Assembly: GCF_004010195.1 (NCBI RefSeq)
Contig: NC_057720.1
Span: forward strand, 16,155,102-16,199,921
Source: Chiloscyllium plagiosum
Taxonomy: Eukaryota
Reading direction: 5' to 3'
Length of the DNA: 44,820 nt
Shown here: positions 1 through 10,549 of the stretch, one piece after another
Numbering within the stretch: the stretch's first letter is position 1
How the letters are laid out: each line of letters starts with the position of its first letter
Translations under genes and position numbers: made by a program
Notes under the pieces: generated by a model
Databases searched by the model: none
What the model was told of the DNA's origin: nothing
Seen by the model: only the letters and a program-made list of their open reading frames with translations

Positions 1-219
1 TGCTGGAAAATCTCAGCAGGTCTGGCGGCATCTGTAAGGAGAGAAAAGAGCTGACGTTTCGAGTCTAACTGACCCTTTGTCAAAGCTTTGACAAAGGGTC
101 AGTTAGACTCGAAACGTCAGCTCTTTTCTGTCCTTACAGATGCCGCCAGACCTGCTGAGATTTTCCAGCAATTTCTCTTTTGGTTTCAGATTCCAGCATC
201 CGCAGTAATTTGCTTTTAT
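1..219. mobile_element. Palindromic Penelope-like (PLE) pseudo-LTR element (two inverted pLTR halves)
   Basis: 1-85 is the reverse complement of 86-170 (centre caaag|ctttg; one mismatch seen, at 130). The right arm continues into ...ttccagcatccgcagtaatttgctttt, the end type shared by other PLE pLTR pieces in the window. The left arm is cut by the window edge. Confidence 0.8.
84..122 (+). ncRNA. Minimal hammerhead-ribozyme-like motif, U3-A8 core variant (mirror copy on the minus strand at 49-87)
   Basis: AGCT-[TTGACAA]-A-GGGTC-agtta-GACTC-[GAAA]-CG-TC-AGCT: stem I AGCU/AGCU, stem II GGGUC/GACUC, GUC site ending at 118. Confidence 0.6.
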
Positions 220-224
220 CTATA

Positions 225-770
225 ATATTCCAGTGCCATTTTCCCAACCATGCCCTGAGTTCATCTGCCTTACGGTTAAATACAGTTTAATTTATCAGTC
301 TTACTTCTTTCTCTGCCTTGTCTGCCTTGATTATTTGACTTGCTTCCTTGTTCTACTGTACAAACCTCAGCCTTTCTCTTATCACTCTATCCTTTGGTTC
401 CCAATCCCCCTCCCGCCTCACTAGTTTAAAACCTCCTGAGTATCAACAGTAAATCTCCCCACATGGATATTGACCCCCTTCCAATTCACATCCCTCAGAT
501 CTAGGTCATTTCTACCCCTGAAAAGATCCTCATGGTCCAAATATGTGAATCCTAGTCCCCTGCACCAGCTCCTCAGCCATGCAGTCATTTGCTCTATCCT
601 CCAATTCCTACTCCCACTGGGTGGCATAGGGAGTAATCCAGGTATGACTACCTTCCAGGACTTACTTGTTAATCTCCCGTCCAGTTAACCTGCAGATCCT
701 CATCCCTTTCCCTACCTGTGTCATTGGCACAACGACCTCCTGCTGGTCACTCTTCCATTTCAGAATGTTC
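225..770 (-). mobile_element. CR1 LINE fragment, ORF1 (SGNH esterase-like) and ORF1/ORF2 linker
   Basis: ORF 421..627(-) 'WLRSWCRGLGFTYLDHEDLFRGRNDL...NWKGVN' is typical of the CR1 ORF1 C-terminus and is homologous to about 14500-14680(+) in this window. Confidence 0.8.
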
Positions 771-775
771 TGAAT

Positions 776-874
776 GTTCTGAAGAAGGATCATTGCACCT
801 GAAACGTTAACTCTGCTTCCTCTGCCACAGATGCTACCATACCTTCATGGGTTTTCTAGCAATTTCTGATTTTG
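776..874 (+). mobile_element. PLE pseudo-LTR fragment with degenerate hammerhead motif
   Basis: gtt-CTGAAGA-A-ggatcattgcacct-GAAACGTT-aactc...acagatgct...ttttctagcaatttctg. A 9-bp tandem gaatgttct lies at the junction with the CR1. Confidence 0.7.
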
Positions 875-1901
875 TTATCGATGAGGCGAGTTGGGCGATC
901 AATGAAGTGTTTAACAAGCAATAGTGTCCTTTAATTGGCAACTTGCTGCTGCCCAGTGCTTTGCCATTCTGCAGAGCCATAGAAGGTGGCATGAGATGTT
1001 CTCTACAGCCACTGTTATTTTATGGTTTAGTTCAGGGGTGAACAGTATAACCACACTAGGCGAAGTATCCAAGTAAGTATCATGCAACAAGCCCCACTGA
1101 GGTCAGTGTGGGAGATATTTTCGAAGGGATGTGAGCAGTGCAAATCTGCCCATTGGAGGTTTCAACCTCTTCATAATTGTCACACAGGTACATAGGTCAA
1201 GACCTTCAAAGGATTCCCATGCAGATAATGTCTCAACATTCACCACTGTGGGCATTAGAAAAGTTATTACAATGTAATTTTCCAGGAAGTCTGATCAGTA
1301 CCCTAAGGTTACAGTATGCGACAAGTGGAAATGTGTGAAATTTTTTGGCCAATTAAATGTTCCTTCAGGATTTTTATAACCCGTCAGAAAATTATTCTCA
1401 TTAGATAAAATAAATGAGAATGAGCATATATAATAAAGGCTGCTTCATGTATGCTATTCAATGTCCATGCTTTTAGAGCTTAAAGAATTTGATAAGTAGC
1501 AGAATTATTTAAATTGATGGTACCTTAACCCATTATAATTAACTCAGCTAACATTTTAATTTTATTAGTAAAACGTATTTACCAGACCAGACCAAAATAT
1601 TATAAAGTGAGATAAATGTTAACAAAACACACGGTGACTTGAAGAGTGTGTAAACTATCCAATCTTGGAAAGTCAGGCATCATCTTCCACTTGGCCCATG
1701 TTAACATAATCACACTATAAATGAAATGCTGGGCATGATTTAAGGTTTTAACTTGGCACCTGGACATTGGGGTCACATCCTTGCAGTAGGGGGGTAACAG
1801 TCACCTGACAGTAATATTCCCTGAATGAACAACTGATCAGGGACTTAAACTCATGAGGGCAAATAAAGTTCTAAAAACTGCTATCCAGTCAAGAAAACAT
1901 C

Positions 1902-2288
1902 AGGCAATGGTCTGGTGGTATTATCACTAGAGTCTTAATCCAGAGATCCCACAAAGATGGTGGAATTTGAATTCAATTTTAAAAATCTGGGATTAGGAGT
2001 ATAATGATGTAAGTCAATTGTCGATTGTTGGGAAAACACATCTGGTTCACTAATATCCTTTAGGAAAGAAAACTGCCATCGATACCTGGGCTGGACTCCA
2101 GGCCCCCCGAAACATCGATTTCGAAGCTCCTCGGATGCTGCCCGAACTGCTGCGCTCTTCCAGCACCACTGATCCAGAACCACAGCAATGTGGTTGACTC
2201 TTAACTGCCCTCTGAGCAATTAGGGATCGGCAATAAATGCTGGCCCAGCCAGTGACACCCTCATCCCATGAATGAATAATTAAAAAAA
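1902..2288 (+). mobile_element. tRNA-derived SINE sharing head and tail with the LINE at 8967-12240 (interrupted by a PLE piece)
   Basis: A-box-like tggtctggtgg; body homologous to about 9050-9275 (gactcttaactgccctctg); tail gcaattagggat...aataaatgctggcccagccag...catcccatgaatgaataa matches 12167-12235. Confidence 0.8.
2104..2179 (+). mobile_element. PLE pseudo-LTR fragment inserted in SINE
   Basis: cccgaaacatcgattt...cctcggatgctgcccgaactgctgcgctcttccagcaccac matches the other pLTR copies. The SINE resumes at ccacagcaatgtgg. Confidence 0.7.
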
Positions 2289-2410
2289 TTTGATCAGAGC
2301 TGAAAAGCTGAGACCCTTATCTGGAGGGTAGCAAAAAGAAAGGTTAATGGAGGTGCAGTGGGGGGACAGGGTCACAGGACAGTTGCAGGTGGGCTCCTGA
2401 GGACTTGGCA

Positions 2411-2637
2411 AAAGTGAGGAATGCAGATGCTGGAGATTAGAATTAAGAGAGTGGTGCTGGAAAAGTACAGCCGGTCAGGCAGCATCCGAGGAACAGGCGA
2501 GTCAATGTTTTGGGCAAAAGCCCTTCATCAGGAATGAGGCCTAATTCCTGGTGAAGAGCTTTTGCCTGAAATGTCGATTCTCCTGTTCCTCGGATGCTGC
2601 CTGACCTGCTGTGCTTTTCCAGCACCACACTCAACTC
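2411..2637. mobile_element. Palindromic PLE pseudo-LTR element
   Basis: Inverted arms about 2449-2539 and 2540-2630 centred on agg|cct. Each arm carries a decayed CTGATGA...GAAA motif. Confidence 0.8.
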
Positions 2638-3899
2638 CAGTGGATGTGGATGGGTGACACAGACAGAGGACTGTGCCATACTGTGCCCATGACAACAGAT
2701 CACCTGGCAGCAAACGTTACAAGCAGCAGCAGACACATCTGTAGCAAGCTGACTCATGTCTGATGGGGATAGTTTCTCCATCCAATTGAGGATGTAGTGA
2801 GTAAGCTTTAAAGTTGGAGAGCCTGTAGGAGACCTTTAAGTTTGAAGGAGAAACTATCTCTAGTTCAGGTGAAACAGGGTGCATCTTTGAAAAGGTGCAA
2901 CATAAAAATGGATTTCAGGGAGGGCTGACTTCCTATGTGGACATAGTTGTGGCCAGGCAGGTGAAGAGGTGAAGAGAGGTGTTTCGAATGCCTGTTGCTG
3001 GGAGGTTGCCTGCAGGCAGATGACCCAGATCCCCAACCCTTCTTCCAACATCACCAACCATCCCCCTCACCAGCTCCTCTGGAGTACCAGAGGACAGCTG
3101 GAAATTTCCATCGGTCTCTGATAATAGACTTTAATGGGCCATTAACTCCTCGTGACACCTCCAGGGAAATGGCCCAGGAGCGAGAGGTGCCAGTGCACTT
3201 GCACACCAGCTGGCAGGTGGGACTACTGCACTACCATCTTCCATAAGTGGACTCAAATTCAGTCCATTATTGCTTTAACGGTAGTGGTAACATTGCCTTC
3301 CCAGCATTTGTGGTTTTCATGGCTGTATTAAAAAGTATTCCCATATTTCCAAATCAAACATTATCAAGTGATGTCTTTGTCAACCAGCTGAGTTTAAGTT
3401 AAAGCCTTTGGATACATTTTCTTTTGAGGATAGACCACTGACATTTATTGATGCAGCTGAATGGACATAGCAACCAGTGGTAGACCCCGTCTTAACAAGT
3501 TACAGAAAGCTGGCAATGAAATAGCAATCAATATCATCTCCTCCTGCTGACTACTCATACAAAATGTACTTTGCTCACCTAATACAGAACAAGATTTAAT
3601 CCCATTTTATATTATATCCTACAGGCCCATACATGTGCTTGAAAGGTGTCTGCTAACTACTCACAGTTTATTTTTCACACCTTTGTGACAACAGAACAAT
3701 AAAATCATCGCTGGGTAGCTGGTCTGTATGGTGATATCATGTCATTACACAATTTATTTTTGAAACTTGCATTGTGCATAAAAGTACTTCACAAATGCTT
3801 CAAGTGGTTAATGCAAATACAATCTTTTCTTCATCCGTGAAAACCTCTGTGTTATCTTTTAATGTATCAATCTCTAGCTACCCCTCATACTGGACTGGA

Positions 3900-5200
3900 T
3901 GCCACAATAAACATATGCTGAGCACTAACAGCTCCTTACAGCAATTGCATAAACATCAAAATACCTAAGTGCTGAAGATCATTCATTTAAACAAGCAGAA
4001 ACTAAAAGCTATTTACACAAGCTAACTATAGAGGGAAGCTCTCACAAACCTCTGCTAATGCATGCTTCTCGAAATTTTCAGCTCCCAATTTACAACTTGT
4101 ACACAAAGGGCCAGTTGAAACTTGTACGATGATCCAATTTGCCACAGCTCATGTTTTTGGTCTCCATGAAACCGCTGTGCCAGTGCAGCGGGAGAGGCTC
4201 ACTTCCATCCCACAAGTCAATCAAGGGGCTTTTATTTCCTCCTGGACCTAAACATCAGACAGTTCTGAGCAGCTAATTATCATTCAGAAATATATTCATG
4301 GCCGCCCATGATCACAGGGGCACCTTGTACATATTATTACAACACATCAAACTAATTGTCCTATTTTACTGATTATTATTTTTTTTAAATATGCCAAAAA
4401 GAGGAGTGGCCCAAAATAGATTTAACATCCAGATAATTGATATTTTGCCCCTCTATTTATTTTGACTCTCTCCACAGATGCAAGGTATAAATCTCTAATT
4501 ACCAGGGAATTACTCAAAAATTGCTAATGGTCAATGAGTTTCTCATTAGGAAATGTTTAATCCATGCATAACTCATCACTTGTTCAGTAATGTATTGACC
4601 TTGGGAATCTTTTGCCCAACAGTAGTTCTGTAAACAGGCAGTTCAGACCTCCATACAGCCTTCTGCAAGAAAAGTAAGCAGCGGCATTGATTGCATTGAT
4701 CAGCTGAACACAGCGTACATATGAAGTTGCACCACTGTGATTTATCCCAATAAAACATTATTTCCACACAAATACTTAATTTACACAATGCTTTGGTCAA
4801 TGAAACTGGAATTTACTATGCCAGCCTACCTTTCCTTTTTACACAGTCCCAGAGGTCTTGTTTATTGTGAAAGGATTAACTAATCCCTCATTTTTGCCTG
4901 AATGAAATGATCTGATCAGTCCTTTATCTCATCCATTACACAGTTCTAATTGCTACTTTGAAAAAAAGACTGCTAGCAGCCAAGGTTGCAGTGTTACTCC
5001 GTTCCGTCTCAGTGTTAAAGAGGGTAGGGTGCATCTCCATGGAGCATAAGTCTCACATTACAATTAGTTTTCTCTTTCAGTAATTAATAAAACTCTATCC
5101 CCATTAAGAATAATTATATTGATTTCCAACACAAGTTAAACTTCAGGAGAAAAGAAACATAAATTTGCAGTCTGCTGTGTTGCCTAATTGAATTTATTTA
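3900..5200. promoter_or_regulatory. Putative conserved non-coding/enhancer block
   Basis: No recognisable TE and no credible ORF. Dense in TAAT/ATTA, TGATT and CAGCTG motifs (e.g. ctaattatcatt, ctaattacc, gcattgattgcattgatcagctg). Inference only. Confidence 0.35.
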
Positions 5201-5275
5201 TTTGTTATGTAGAGTATGTTTAAGTAGTAAACCGGATCTGTTTTTGTAACTTTAGGTCAATTGAAAACTTATACA

Positions 5276-5567
5276 TTAGATTACTTACAGTGTGGAAATA
5301 GGCCCTTTGGCCCAACAAGTCCACACAGACCTGCCAAGGCACAATCCACCCAGACCCATTCCCCTACATTTACCCCATTCCCCTAACACTACGGGCAACT
5401 TAGAATGGTCAATTCACCTCACCTGCACATTTTTGTACTGTGGGAGGAAACCCAAGCACCCGGAAAACGTTGAAACTCCACATAGTTAGTCACCTGAGGC
5501 AGGAATTTAACCCGGGTCTCTAGGGCTTCAAGGCAGCAGTGCTAACCACTGAGCCACCGTGCCACCC
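5276..5567 (-). mobile_element. HE1-like shark SINE (tRNA head, CR1/HER1 tail)
   Basis: Minus strand begins gggtggcacggtggctcagtggttagcactgctgcc (A box), has a B-box-like ggttaaattcc, and ends gggcctatttccacactgtaagtaatctaa. Homologous to three other copies in the window. Confidence 0.9.
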
Positions 5568-6446
5568 CACCATTTTAAGTTTTAAGGAATAACAACTTAG
5601 ACTTAGATTAATTAAATGTATACACTAATTATAATATTCACATTTAACTTATTTATAGTTAATCAGTTATGACCCCAAAGCAATAATTTATAGAATTGTT
5701 TTAAATTAGACATACATACACATATTTGCCATTCAGTAGGAATCACTAACCTGGTGAGGTCTTTTTCTGTTCAAATCTCAGTTGTATGGTATTTTTCATA
5801 TCTAAGAATATAAACTTTATTTGAAATTTTAGAATTTGTTTTGGTCTTCAATTGATGGGTCTGTCATGTAACAGCTTCTCGTTTATAGTAGACATCAAGA
5901 TTCACAGATAATGGATGGTGAGGGTTAAATGTAGAACAAAGCTACTATCTCAACTCCAGTAGTGGGAAGAATTATCAAAGCGTCAGAACATTCTCTGTTG
6001 TTTTCCACTGAGTATTTTGAATAGAAACCTGAATTTTGTCGAATTTCTGTCAGATTTTATTGTGTATCCAAGTAAATCAAGTGAGTGTTTCTTTTGTTTT
6101 GCTACTTACTCTGGAAATATGACAAATTTCTTTACAGATTTTGAGAGCAAATAATGAAACTAGAAGTCTTCCACTGCATGAAATTTTGATACCTGTTCAG
6201 AGTATGTTTAATTCATGTATCCAACAGATGCTAAAATATATCAGTCCCTTTTGCCTATCTTCATTTCTAGGTTTGCAGGTACTCAAATATCACATTGAAT
6301 GTATACAACTTCACTTGCATAACAAGTGTAAGACGGGTGAGTAACAGGATTATTTTGTAACAGGACTATTTTGAAACTACTTGCATTTTTCACATTTTAC
6401 TGTCTACGTAATATTTGGAGGAACCATCAGTAAGTGGTCAAATAAA

Positions 6447-6543
6447 GACAAAATACTGCAGATGCTGGAAAGCAGGTCTGAGCATCTGCAGAGAGAAACA
6501 CAGAGTTAATGTTTCGAGTCTGGTATGGCTTTTCTTCAGAATT
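6447..6543 (-). mobile_element. PLE pseudo-LTR fragment (old, internally deleted)
   Basis: Minus strand reads aatt-CTGAAGA-A...gactc-GAAA-cattaactc...tgcagatgct...ccagcatctgcagtattttg. Confidence 0.65.
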
Positions 6544-6930
6544 CATTGGACTAAATGGTCAGAGCCCAGAGTACAAGAAGCAACTTGTTATTAACTTCAC
6601 TGATTTCTAGAAGGCTTTCAGATAGCAACCTTCAGCAGTCACTCTGACATGGTGCAAGACAGTAAGACATCCTAAAGCTCTTCAAAAACAAATAATCTTT
6701 TTTTCTTAACATTTCAAAGGATCATAGTGTTTACATTGGCATTTTAGAGGAGCCCATTATGAATACCTGGCTGAATTTTAAAACAGTGTGTCTCAGCAGT
6801 GGGATAAGGTCACACATTGATTGTTGGTTTTAAGGGATTGTTAAATGATTATCCAGCTTTGATGAACTTACTGAAATAGACCCTGAAGACAGCATGGGGA
6901 ATAAGAGAGAGAACGTGATGACATGGGTGC

Positions 6931-7616
6931 ATGGGAGAAATTAAGCCTGAATGGGGGTTATTGGCACATGCAAGGGCAGTGTAGGGTAAAGGGTGAGGGT
7001 TTGAGGGCCTGTAAGTTTGAGTTTCAGTCTCCCAACCAGATCATTCTCCAACCTCCATTGCCATTTTGAGTCAACTCCAGAAATGGCAAGCTCCACTCTT
7101 TTGCACCTTTGCCTCCCCAGAACAAATATAGAGCAGGCAGGGGCCTGTTTCAGGCAGACAGATCTACTGGGCCAGGAGATTTTGCAACTCAAATTTCTCA
7201 CCTCATCCATGAAAAAGTGGCCCATGCAGTCAATGTAACTGCAGTTTCTCTAAGCCATTTCATATTTATTCATAAAATGAATTATAAAATTATTCATAAA
7301 ATATTCTGCTTAGATGACAAAAACAACACTTGTCTCCCTCACAATCATAACAAATACTGCCAACTATTAACAACCAGATCTCAGTAAACTTCGAACATGT
7401 CAACTGACTCCCCTTCCTGCCATATTTTCATTCTGGGGAGGCAAAGGTGCAATGGAGTGGAGTTTGTTAATTCTAGAGTTGGCTCAAAATGGAGATTGGT
7501 GAATGGCCTGGATGGGAGACTGAAACTCAAACTCACAGGTCTACAAACCCTCACCCTTCACCCCACCCTGCTCCTACACATACCAATAAACCCCATTCAG
7601 GCTCCATGCCTCCCAT
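6931..7616. repeat. Diverged long inverted repeat (arms about 6931-7143 and 7410-7616, about 265-bp AT-rich spacer)
   Basis: ORF 6941..7225(-) and ORF 7397..7624(+) give colinear peptides (LGRQRC..VE...SKW...GRLKLKLTG.QTLTL.PTL.LH.PI.PIQA), so the DNA arms are reverse-complement homologues. Confidence 0.85.
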
Positions 7617-7744
7617 TGGTGTGAGTGTGATTTATGAGTTGGCTTGTTGAAAAATATACTTATTGAAAAAACATACAGCATGAGATTCAGATCAAATACC
7701 CACAGGTCTGAAGGATAAATGGATTACATAGTCTAATATCTTAC

Positions 7745-8075
7745 ATTAAGGCACTGTCAGGGTAGATGCTAGTGAGATTCTCCCCTGCCTGGGATGTCTA
7801 GACCCATAGGCGCAAACTAAAAATAAGGGGTTTCTTTTTTGGACAGAGATGAGGAGACTTTCATTACTCAGACAGCTGTCAATCTTTGTAATTCTTATCT
7901 CAGAGAGCAGTGGAAGCTCTGTCTTTGAGAATATTTAAAAGTAGAGGTTGATAGGTTGTCAATGGCATAAAATGTTATGGGGATAATGTGGGTAAAAGAC
8001 ATTGAAGTGTTCCATTGGTCGGGATTGTAACAAATGGTAGGGCAGGCTCAATGAGCTGAATACTTTATCTTCCGA
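7745..8075 (+). mobile_element. Old CR1 LINE 3' fragment
   Basis: gggtagatgc...tctaga...aaaataagggg...gagatgaggagac...agagagcagtggaagc...gcaggctcaatgagctgaat is colinear with CR1 3' ends elsewhere in the window (e.g. 25940-26260). Confidence 0.7.
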
Positions 8076-8200
8076 CTTCAAAATATAGTCACCATCACTG
8101 AGATGACAAACATAGTAATGAATTTCCACACAGAGACATTTCCAAATTAGCAATTAGGTTACTAGCAACGTTGATATCCTGGTTGAAAAATGAATGTTTG

Positions 8201-8422
8201 TGAAATAACTCCACAGAGGCCAGGATCTTGTCACCAAGTCACTCTTTATTTACACATGAATAGTCCTTGACTAGAGTGCTGCCTCAAATAGAGAAAGATA
8301 CCACTAACATTCGTGCATTTTATCTGTCAGCCAGAGCTCCCTGATTGGACAAGATTAATGCCCCAATGAGGGAACTCATATTCTATGAGGTCCAACTTGC
8401 TGACCTCTTTACAATAGGGACA
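8201..8422 (-). mobile_element. Solo LTR (probably Gypsy-type)
   Basis: About 220 bp with TG...CA ends. The minus strand has CCAAT, a TATA-like gataaaa and AATAAA in the expected order. No clear TSD. Confidence 0.6.
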
Positions 8423-8966
8423 ACCTGTCATGCTATTTGGTTCAGTGATTCACATTTTTGCATCTCATCAATGCGTAACTAATTATTTGATTAATGCCAC
8501 ATTTGCAGCAATCAGGGGCTGCATTTTCAATTGCCCTTGGGGATGAGTAAGTATGCGAGAGCACATTGAAACTCCCATTCCAGGAAGGTGTCATGGGATT
8601 ATAATGCCTCTAGAGTGCATTGCTACTTTCAAAGGAAGGGGAGAAGAAAGGAGAGCAAAAATCTCAAATGACTCCATTTAAGTTTTTGAGTTCCAGGGTG
8701 AGGTTATTCAAATTCTAAGGAACATAACAGCAACAATTCCGATAGGCCACTTACTCTTTGATCTACTCTTAGCAATTAAGCTAAAAACTGGAACTAAAGC
8801 CAAATACAGTAGAGCTTTTCAGAATATACTCACCTAAGAATAAGAATGTTCAGAGGGAGAACAAGATTCCAATGACATCATCTGAATCAGAATTGGAGAC
8901 GCAGTGGTGGGGGGGAGGTGTGGAGGGGGGGCACAGAATTACGACTGCTAGTGTCTCACGTGCACT

Positions 8967-10110
8967 GGGGACGAGAGCATAGTGATTATGTTACTGGATG
9001 GGGAATCCAGAGACCCAGACTAATGATCCAGGGACATGAGTTTGAATCCTGCTAGAGCATTTGGGGAATTTAAGCACAGTTAATTAAATAAATCAGGGAT
9101 AAAATGTTAATATCTTTAGTAGTACCATGTAACTACCAGATTGCTGGGACAAAATAAACATGCAGTTTTTCATTAATGTCCTTTAGAAGGTTTAAATCTA
9201 CTACTTTAACCCAGACTGGTCTACATGTGACTCCTGACTCACAGTAATGTGATTGACTCTTAACTGCCCTCTGAATTTGCCTAACAAGACACTCAGTTAT
9301 ATTAAACCTCTAATCAAAAGTATCACTGCAAGAAAACCGGACAGACCACACAGCATTGTTCTAGGTATTGCATCTAGTCAAAGGCTTTCCCTTAACTCAT
9401 AATAGAAGAGAAAAAATATACTTAACTCAATAACATCTGTGATTCATGCCAAATCTTGGAGAGTTATCCAATGGACCAGTCAAGCCTCAGCCTGAAGCCA
9501 TAATCACAGAATTATACCTTTCAACCAATGTCCCAGACTCTTCCAGCACCATGTTTTGGTATGCTCTGTCCCACCAGCAAGGCAGACTCAGCAGAATTAG
9601 TAGCATGGTGATAGGCAGAGGATGTTCCTCTGAAGATCCTTAACATTGACTCCAGCCATCATGATGCTGCAGTGGGAAGCAAACCAACTGCTAATTAACA
9701 CTATCAATCCCACTGCCCTGATCAGTTGATAAATTCTTGCTGAACACACACTGAAGTATAACTGAGGGTAGCAAAGGTGCGGAACATAACCTGGGTTGTA
9801 GACTTTAACATGAATCACCATGGTGAGAAGACCAACAAAATCTATTTTAAAATCTATTTATCCTCACCAATCTACCTGTCACAGATGAATCTCCATCACA
9901 GTATTGGTAAGAGTTCTTATCTTACAATTGTTATGGAGAAACAGTTGCATTATCACAGAGAGAACAACTTCTGTTATGCTTTGTAGCATTATCACTGTAA
10001 TAGATGGCATAGATTTAGGACAGATCTAACAGCTGAGAGACTGTGGACCATGAGCAGTAATAGGAGAATAGTATTCTGTAACCTCAGAGATGGGTATATC
10101 TCTCAACTGG
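8967..10110 (+). mobile_element. 5' part of a non-HER1 LINE (CR1/L2 group): tRNA-like head, 5' UTR, then APE endonuclease remnant
   Basis: A-box-like gcatagtgatt (about 8977) and B-box gtttgaatcc (9040-9049). ORF 9446 'LGELS...KPQPEAIITELYL' and 9777 'WVVDFNMNH' match APE motifs (DIVILTE, GDFN). Confidence 0.7.
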
Positions 10111-10537
10111 GAGAAATTGAGGACTGCAGATGCTAGAGATCAGAGTCGAAGGGTGTGGTGCTGGAAAAGCACAGCTGGTCGAGCAACATCCGAGGAGCAG
10201 GAGAATCGACGTTTTGAGCATAAGCTCTTCATCAGGAATGAGGCTTGTGGCCCAAGGGGGCTGAGAGATAAATGGGAGGGGGGGGTGGGGCTGCGGGGAA
10301 GGTAGCTGGGAAGGTGATGAAGATGGGGGTGAAGGTGAGAGGTCAGAGTGGAGGGTGGAGCAGATAGGTGGGAAGGAAGATGGACAGGTAGGACAGTTCA
10401 AGAGGGCGGTGCTGTGTTGGAAGGCTGGTTCTGAGATAAGGTGAGTGGAGCGGATATAAGGAAACTGATGAAATCCACATTAATCCCGTGTGGTTGGAGG
10501 GTCCCAAGGCAGAAGATGAGGTGCTCTTCCTCCAGGT
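10111..10537 (-). mobile_element. Penelope-like element 3' fragment (end of GIY-YIG region plus pLTR)
   Basis: Minus strand 'LEEEHLIFCLGTLQPHGINVDF' is a PLE C-terminus. It is followed by a pyrimidine-rich 3' UTR and a pLTR with attc-CTGATGA-A-GAGC-ttat-GCTC-aaaa-CGTC-gatt. Confidence 0.85.
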
Positions 10538-10549
10538 GTTCTTCTTCCT

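Noticed and set aside
2443..2781. Recurring peptides such as 'CWKSAAGQAASKEQENRRF' suggesting a small gene family
   Set aside because: These are translations of the non-coding PLE pLTR repeat in various frames.
1731..3267. Possible Harbinger-like element bounded by gggcatgattt ... aaattcagtcc
   Set aside because: The terminus match is short and imperfect, with no TSD or transposase remnant; insufficient support.
5480..5567. tRNA genes at SINE heads (also about 13760-13836, 29290-29352, 32547-32620, 8967-9055)
   Set aside because: A/B boxes are present but there is no complete cloverleaf, and each continues into a SINE body.
6341..6373. Short tandem duplication gtaacagga(t/c)tatttt x2; also (gaatt)n near 24250
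   Set aside because: Ordinary slippage-scale repeats.
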